DNA from: Enterobacter phage EC152
Sequence record: PP681140.1
Strand: one strand, 5' to 3'
DNA length: 64,000 nt
Part shown: positions 59,753 through 64,000 of the stretch, one piece after another
Position numbering within the stretch: the stretch's first letter is position 1
Layout of the letters: every line of letters starts with the position of its first letter
Translations under genes and position numbers: made by a program
The notes under the pieces: generated by a model
The model's database searches: none
Seen by the model: the letters and a program-made list of their open reading frames with translations, nothing else
What the model was told of the DNA's origin: nothing

Positions 59753-60255
59753 ATTGCCATCTCCAGATCGGACTTCAGTTGCTCATTCTCTTCGATCAAT
59801 GCCTTGATGAAGTAAATCATGTGGGTTGCTGCGCTGTTGCAGCCATTGCGGTTAAGTTCATCGCTTACACGGTCCTTAACTTCCTTACCGTAACCATCAA
59901 GCCCATCTTTCACATAGGAACTCACAGACCTCCACGCGTTGCTTTGGCTAACACGAGAGTCTAACTCATTCAGCAGGCGCAGGATGTTCTCAGGACAAGC
60001 GGTAGCGATGTACGTTGCATCAACATCGTTATTCCACTGGGACAGATTACCTGTGCTCGCATGGCGTACCGCAGGCCCCATATTTGGGTCAGTAATGAAG
60101 ACAGTCTCCATGTTTTTATCATCAGAGAAAGCCACCATAGAATGACCGTGAGAGTCAATCCACCACTGACCGGGTGTTGCATCCTTTGCGAGGCGCTCCA
60201 GATCCTCACGGAGCTTCTCGATTGAACGTTCCTTATTCATTTTCAGCACCCTCAT
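59749..60255 (-). CDS. hypothetical protein (168 aa)
   Basis: Coupled ORF. Confidence 0.45.
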   Translation of the reverse strand: MRVLKMNKERSIEKLREDLERLAKDATPGQWWIDSHGHSMVAFSDDKNMETVFITDPNMGPAVRHASTGNLSQWNNDVDATYIATACPENILRLLNELDSRVSQSNAWRSVSSYVKDGLDGYGKEVKDRVSDELNRNGCNSAATHMIYFIKALIEENEQLKSDLEMAI

Positions 60256-60556
60256 AACGGGACATTGTTAACTGTGTGATGCCAAGAGCCACAGGCTCAG
60301 TGGTATCTACCACAAAGGTAACAGTCAGGTCATCTGTAGATTTAGAATCACTCAGATCCACAACGATAAAGTCACCCACTTCCGGTGCGTCAGCGCCCAT
60401 ATCGAGGAAAACAACAGCCTCAGCATATTCACCATCACCGATCACACGGAGCGTGATATCGTTACCAGGCCCACGGGTGGTAAAGTCGTATACACGCACC
60501 TGCTTAGGCGCTTCATCTTCTTTGGCAAACAGCCAGTTAAACAGCTTTTTCAGCAT
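60233..60556 (-). CDS. hypothetical acidic protein (107 aa)
   Basis: ORF only. Confidence 0.4.
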   Translation of the reverse strand: MLKKLFNWLFAKEDEAPKQVRVYDFTTRGPGNDITLRVIGDGEYAEAVVFLDMGADAPEVGDFIVVDLSDSKSTDDLTVTFVVDTTEPVALGITQLTMSRYEGAENE

Positions 60557-60716
60557 TCTTCCGCTCCTTCAGTTCATTCTCGATATCGTTCAAACGATTC
60601 CATGCTTCAAGCTCTGCCTGTTGCACCTCGTCGTGATAATCGCGAGCAACGTCACGCAGTTTTAATAGCTTCTCTGTGGAAACCTTGCTCAGGTCAGTAA
60701 AGTCTTCAACCTGCAT
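60537..60716 (-). CDS. small helical protein (59 aa; MQVEDFTDLSKVSTEKLLKLRDVARDYHDEVQQAELEAWNRLNDIENELKERKNAEKAV), not in the ORF track
   Basis: ATG 60716 with GAAGGAGAAT RBS; fills the gap between 60718..61227 and 60233..60556. Confidence 0.45.
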   Translation of the reverse strand: MQVEDFTDLSKVSTEKLLKLRDVARDYHDEVQQAELEAWNRLNDIENELKERKNAEKAV

Positions 60717-60717
60717 T

Positions 60718-61227
60718 TTATTCTCCTTCTTTGTTTACAAGACCATCGTCAAATGGAATACCGAAGTATTCACTATTCAGGTCATCGCAGAATTCTACCC
60801 ATTTTTTCTGGGATTTAATGCCGCTACCATCGTTGCCCCATTTCTTGTCTCGCTGGATAGCGACTTGCTGCACAATGCGGTTAGTCAAGGCGAACGCCAT
60901 ACGATTGCTCATACGACGAAGTGGGTTACCACGATAATCACCAGCGTTGTGCATATGCACCGCATCTTCCAGAGAGATGTTTACCGGGAGAGAGGTGATA
61001 TCGTTGTTGAATGCACGGACGTAGCCGAAACGACCATCGGTGATGTTAGGATACTCAGGCAAACGACGAGGGACGTAACCAAAGGCAGACATCATCTCGT
61101 CAAGAGAGGCCATTTGGATGTGAACGGTGTCCATTGCCTTTTCTGCACGGAGACCGGACATTGAGTTCCAGTCTTCAATTTCCTTACGGAATTTTTTAGC
61201 CAACTCTAAACGAGAAAATGATGCCAT
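60718..61227 (-). CDS. hypothetical protein (169 aa)
   Basis: ORF only. Confidence 0.45.
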   Translation of the reverse strand: MASFSRLELAKKFRKEIEDWNSMSGLRAEKAMDTVHIQMASLDEMMSAFGYVPRRLPEYPNITDGRFGYVRAFNNDITSLPVNISLEDAVHMHNAGDYRGNPLRRMSNRMAFALTNRIVQQVAIQRDKKWGNDGSGIKSQKKWVEFCDDLNSEYFGIPFDDGLVNKEGE

Positions 61228-61238
61228 GATTTTATCTC

Positions 61239-62549
61239 CTATTTGCCAGGGAAAGTTCTTTCGTAGAAGTCTACAATACGTTGGTCAACAATGATATCTT
61301 TTTCTTTGACCTTACGCAAGAGTCTTAAACCGTTTGCTGTTGTCGCACGACTGAAGGCAACATATGCCATTCCGGGTGCGAATGCGCCATACCCAAAGTC
61401 TATATTAAGTAGCGGCAATGTCAAGCCCTGAGCTTTATGAATTGTTACCGCCCATCCAAGACGAATAGGGAGAGCACGATACTCACCAATGGTGATCTTC
61501 TCCAACTCTTCAGTAACAGTTCCATCAGGATTACGAACCTTGATCGGGTTGTATTCAACATTCTCCCACACATGAGGCTCAACATCAACAACTTTCCCAC
61601 ACTCAAGACGGACTTTGATACCCTCTTTTCCAAGCTCAATCACTTCACCACGAGAACCGTTGACATATTCAGGCTCTTCAAAACCTTTCGGGTCATTCAC
61701 AGTGATCATGACCTTAGCCCCTTCCTTCAGATACAACTCCTCCGGGACAGGTTTTTGGGTAAAATCACCCTGCTTCTTCGCAGTGTAGAGCACCGGAAGT
61801 CCGGGAACCTCTTCAAAACGCTTCCTGTTGACCTTTTCCGCAGCAGCATTCGTAGATGTGATAGTGATTGCGTCAGGTATTGCTTCTCCACCACGATAAC
61901 AAACACCGTTCAGTTCCCTCACAATCTCCGGAATACGTTGACCACGACGAAGCAGGTTAAGAATATCGGAAAAGCGACGGCTGTTCTGACGATAAATCTT
62001 CTCAAGAAGCACCGGGTAAGGGTTAAGCTCTTGCCAGGTGTCAGAGAAACAACACAATTCCGTTGGGTGGAACTGGAAGTACATCTCCTTCTCCGAATCT
62101 GTGAGTACAGGTGGGTTCTGGAAGAAGTCTCCGAACATGCAGATCTGCAAGCCACCAAAAGGTTTATTTGGTTGTCTACGTGCAGCACGACACTTCATGT
62201 CCATTTCCCACAGCTTGTCAGCACGGAACATACTGATCTCATCAATGATGATGATCTTTAATGCTTTACTTTTCAGCAGTCTTTTTACTTTCGGCTTTAG
62301 TTCTTCAGCATCTTTCTGAGTCGCAACACCCATTGATAATCTAAACGCCCGGTGAGCCGTCATACCATCAACGTTAATGGCAGCAGCCCCCGTGGGGGCT
62401 ACAGTTAAAACGGAACCGGCGTAAAGAGATTGGATGGTCTTAATGGTGTAGCTTTTGCCACTACCTCCGGGACCCGTAACGAATACGTTGTCACCGGACA
62501 TGATAGCACCAAGGGCTGCTTCAACGCCCACACCAAAATCAGACATCAA
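61239..62549 (-). CDS. Dda/Pif1/RecD-like SF1 DNA helicase
   Basis: Walker A GPGGSGKSYT, Walker B IIIDEISM, C-terminal motif VTIHKAQG. Confidence 0.8.
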   Translation of the reverse strand: MMSDFGVGVEAALGAIMSGDNVFVTGPGGSGKSYTIKTIQSLYAGSVLTVAPTGAAAINVDGMTAHRAFRLSMGVATQKDAEELKPKVKRLLKSKALKIIIIDEISMFRADKLWEMDMKCRAARRQPNKPFGGLQICMFGDFFQNPPVLTDSEKEMYFQFHPTELCCFSDTWQELNPYPVLLEKIYRQNSRRFSDILNLLRRGQRIPEIVRELNGVCYRGGEAIPDAITITSTNAAAEKVNRKRFEEVPGLPVLYTAKKQGDFTQKPVPEELYLKEGAKVMITVNDPKGFEEPEYVNGSRGEVIELGKEGIKVRLECGKVVDVEPHVWENVEYNPIKVRNPDGTVTEELEKITIGEYRALPIRLGWAVTIHKAQGLTLPLLNIDFGYGAFAPGMAYVAFSRATTANGLRLLRKVKEKDIIVDQRIVDFYERTFPGK

Positions 62550-63832
62550 TCCTCCTTAGTTTCTTCTTCCAGATAGATTTCTTCCAGGATCTCTCCTGCT
62601 GAACCTATGACCAGTACATCGGGAGCACCAACTGGTTTCGGGGTTCCTGTCAACACCTCATAACGACAGCAACGGCACTTCTGCTGGTTGTAGTCGTAAG
62701 GGACACTTACAACATCAGCCGGGTTTACAGCTACTTCGATCAGGTTATTACCTGCGAAGCCGCCTGCGTATTCCAGAGAGGCAATGTGCAGACCTTGGCT
62801 ACAAGAGACGCTTGGGTTATCTTCCACCATGTTTCGTGGCATAGAGATAATCTGGCCTTTGTAGTTAGGAACCTTCCCGGTGCGAGTATCACGAGGACCA
62901 TTACTGGTGTTTGTGATCTTTTTATACGCCTTAACATCACCGTTCTCAAGGATCTCAAGATCATTGTGCTGGATAAAGTCATACAACATTTTCACAGAAG
63001 CATAAGACGGGTTGTGCATCAGCTTCTGCATGAACTTCACATAGCGCTCATCGAAAGTATCATTGTCGATATCGTTGAGGATACGTTTTGCAAGAGTGGT
63101 CTCTTGCTTCTGCCCGTGCCAGTACAGAACACCATCAAGAAGCTTCAAATCTGGACCGAGATCAACAACCTTTTCTGCCTTGAACTCTTGACCTGCACAG
63201 ATCAATTCGATAGCACCCTGAATGTCACCTTCAATCAGCAACAGACCCACATCTGGGAAGATTGCATTGTCACGGTTGATCGTGTACTGATGACCAGTCG
63301 GCATCGAGATGCAAACGTTACCAAGAGTCATGATGACCACAGGGTCTTTCTTCTCAGTCAGTTCCTCAACTAAGTGCGGAGAGGCATCAGCTTTCTCCAC
63401 AACCACATTTACAGGAACTTTATGCGGTTCAGGTAACAGTGTGACTGTTGCTTCAATATGCAGATCAGTTACTTCGAAAGTGACTTCCCAGCGTTTACCC
63501 TGCTTACCAAGATCCTTTACCACACCCTCGTGCTTGTCGCGACCGTCAGAGGTTTTTGCATGGTCGATAATCTTAGCATTCTTTTTGCCCTTTGCAAAGT
63601 CACGGGCTTCACCACGACTTGCAAAGAACATAGAGGACTGAGCAGGGACGGCTTCAGAGGTGAAGCTCATATCCACTTTAGGGGGCTTGGAAGCCCCTTG
63701 GCTATCTTTCGGTACAACCATCCAGCGCCCGGTAGCGAGGACAGCAGGGGACAGCCCACGGTCAACAACCTTCATGCCGTTCTCTGCTGCAAACTTACGT
63801 GCCGCGCTGCGGGATTCAAATAAATCAGTCAT
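62546..63832 (-). CDS. hypothetical protein (428 aa) with duplicated N-terminal short motif and acidic C-terminus
   Basis: RBS AAGGAGAAACCAA; repeats SRSAARKFAAENGMKVVD and SRGEARDFAKGKKNAKIID. Confidence 0.5.
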   Translation of the reverse strand: MTDLFESRSAARKFAAENGMKVVDRGLSPAVLATGRWMVVPKDSQGASKPPKVDMSFTSEAVPAQSSMFFASRGEARDFAKGKKNAKIIDHAKTSDGRDKHEGVVKDLGKQGKRWEVTFEVTDLHIEATVTLLPEPHKVPVNVVVEKADASPHLVEELTEKKDPVVIMTLGNVCISMPTGHQYTINRDNAIFPDVGLLLIEGDIQGAIELICAGQEFKAEKVVDLGPDLKLLDGVLYWHGQKQETTLAKRILNDIDNDTFDERYVKFMQKLMHNPSYASVKMLYDFIQHNDLEILENGDVKAYKKITNTSNGPRDTRTGKVPNYKGQIISMPRNMVEDNPSVSCSQGLHIASLEYAGGFAGNNLIEVAVNPADVVSVPYDYNQQKCRCCRYEVLTGTPKPVGAPDVLVIGSAGEILEEIYLEEETKED

Positions 63833-64000
63833 TTGGTTTCTCCTTTGCTATCAATAAATTGTCGATACTCAACCATCTCTGGCGAGTTAAAGTGCTTCAG
63901 ATCAACGTACTTCAGAAGCGGATACTTGGCCTTTTTAGCAGCAAGCAGTTTCTTACCGATCCGGGTACGTGCCTTGACGATGCGCTCCGCTTTTCTTTCA
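63829..64000 (-). CDS. C-terminal fragment of a CDS continuing beyond the window (...IGKKLLAAKKAKYPLLKYVDLKHFNSPEMVEYRQFIDSKGETK*)
   Basis: Open frame reaches the window edge; its stop overlaps the next start (ATGA). Confidence 0.45.
   Translation of the reverse strand, partial: ERKAERIVKARTRIGKKLLAAKKAKYPLLKYVDLKHFNSPEMVEYRQFIDSKGETK

Noticed and set aside
60676-61164. Plus-strand 162-aa ORF
   Set aside because: Antisense to minus-strand genes with good RBSs.
61437-62261. Plus-strand 274-aa ORF
   Set aside because: Lies entirely antisense to the well-supported Dda-like helicase gene (Walker A/B motifs on the minus strand); no RBS; typical shadow ORF.
62786-63373. Plus-strand 195-aa ORF
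   Set aside because: Antisense to the 428-aa minus-strand gene that has a strong RBS; no start context.
1-64000. CRISPR arrays, integrase/attachment sites, transposase/IS elements
   Set aside because: No spaced direct-repeat arrays, no tyrosine/serine recombinase-like ORFs and no terminal inverted repeats flanking transposase-like genes were seen anywhere in the window.

Overview
This window is a 64 kb stretch of a tailed dsDNA phage genome (myovirus-type, since a sheath and tube gene pair is present), about 45% GC, organised as two convergent blocks. The rightward block (1-44.1 kb) contains two coiled-coil proteins, then a dense tRNA gene array of about 25 tRNAs (1.8-5.4 kb) interspersed with small ORFs and structured non-tRNA elements. 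It then runs through a detached i-/o-spanin pair, the large terminase, portal, protease/scaffold/decoration/major capsid, a collagen-like fibre protein, neck proteins, sheath, tube, chaperones, tape measure, a baseplate cluster, several tail fibre/tailspike genes (two sharing a paralogous N-terminal anchor domain) and an RCC1-like plus Big_2 protein. The leftward block (44.1-64 kb, minus strand) encodes an SSB, many small membrane or secreted proteins, a PnuC nicotinamide-riboside transporter, a NadR-type bifunctional NMN adenylyltransferase/ribosylnicotinamide kinase, a family A DNA polymerase, a T7 gp4-like primase-helicase, a compact C5-DNA-methyltransferase-like protein, a Dda/Pif1-like helicase and further unknowns. 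The two blocks meet at a bidirectional terminator near 44.09 kb. Transcript punctuation uses a recurring GGGGC-UUCG-GCCCC tetraloop hairpin. The most notable candidates are a phage NAD+ salvage module (pnuC, a translationally coupled small membrane ORF, nadR), a set of structurally non-canonical tRNAs, paralogous receptor-binding-protein anchor domains, and SSB-type acidic C-tails on both the SSB and the primase-helicase. No endolysin, integrase or CRISPR array was recognisable. All calls are by eye from the sequence and ORF track; no database searches were run.
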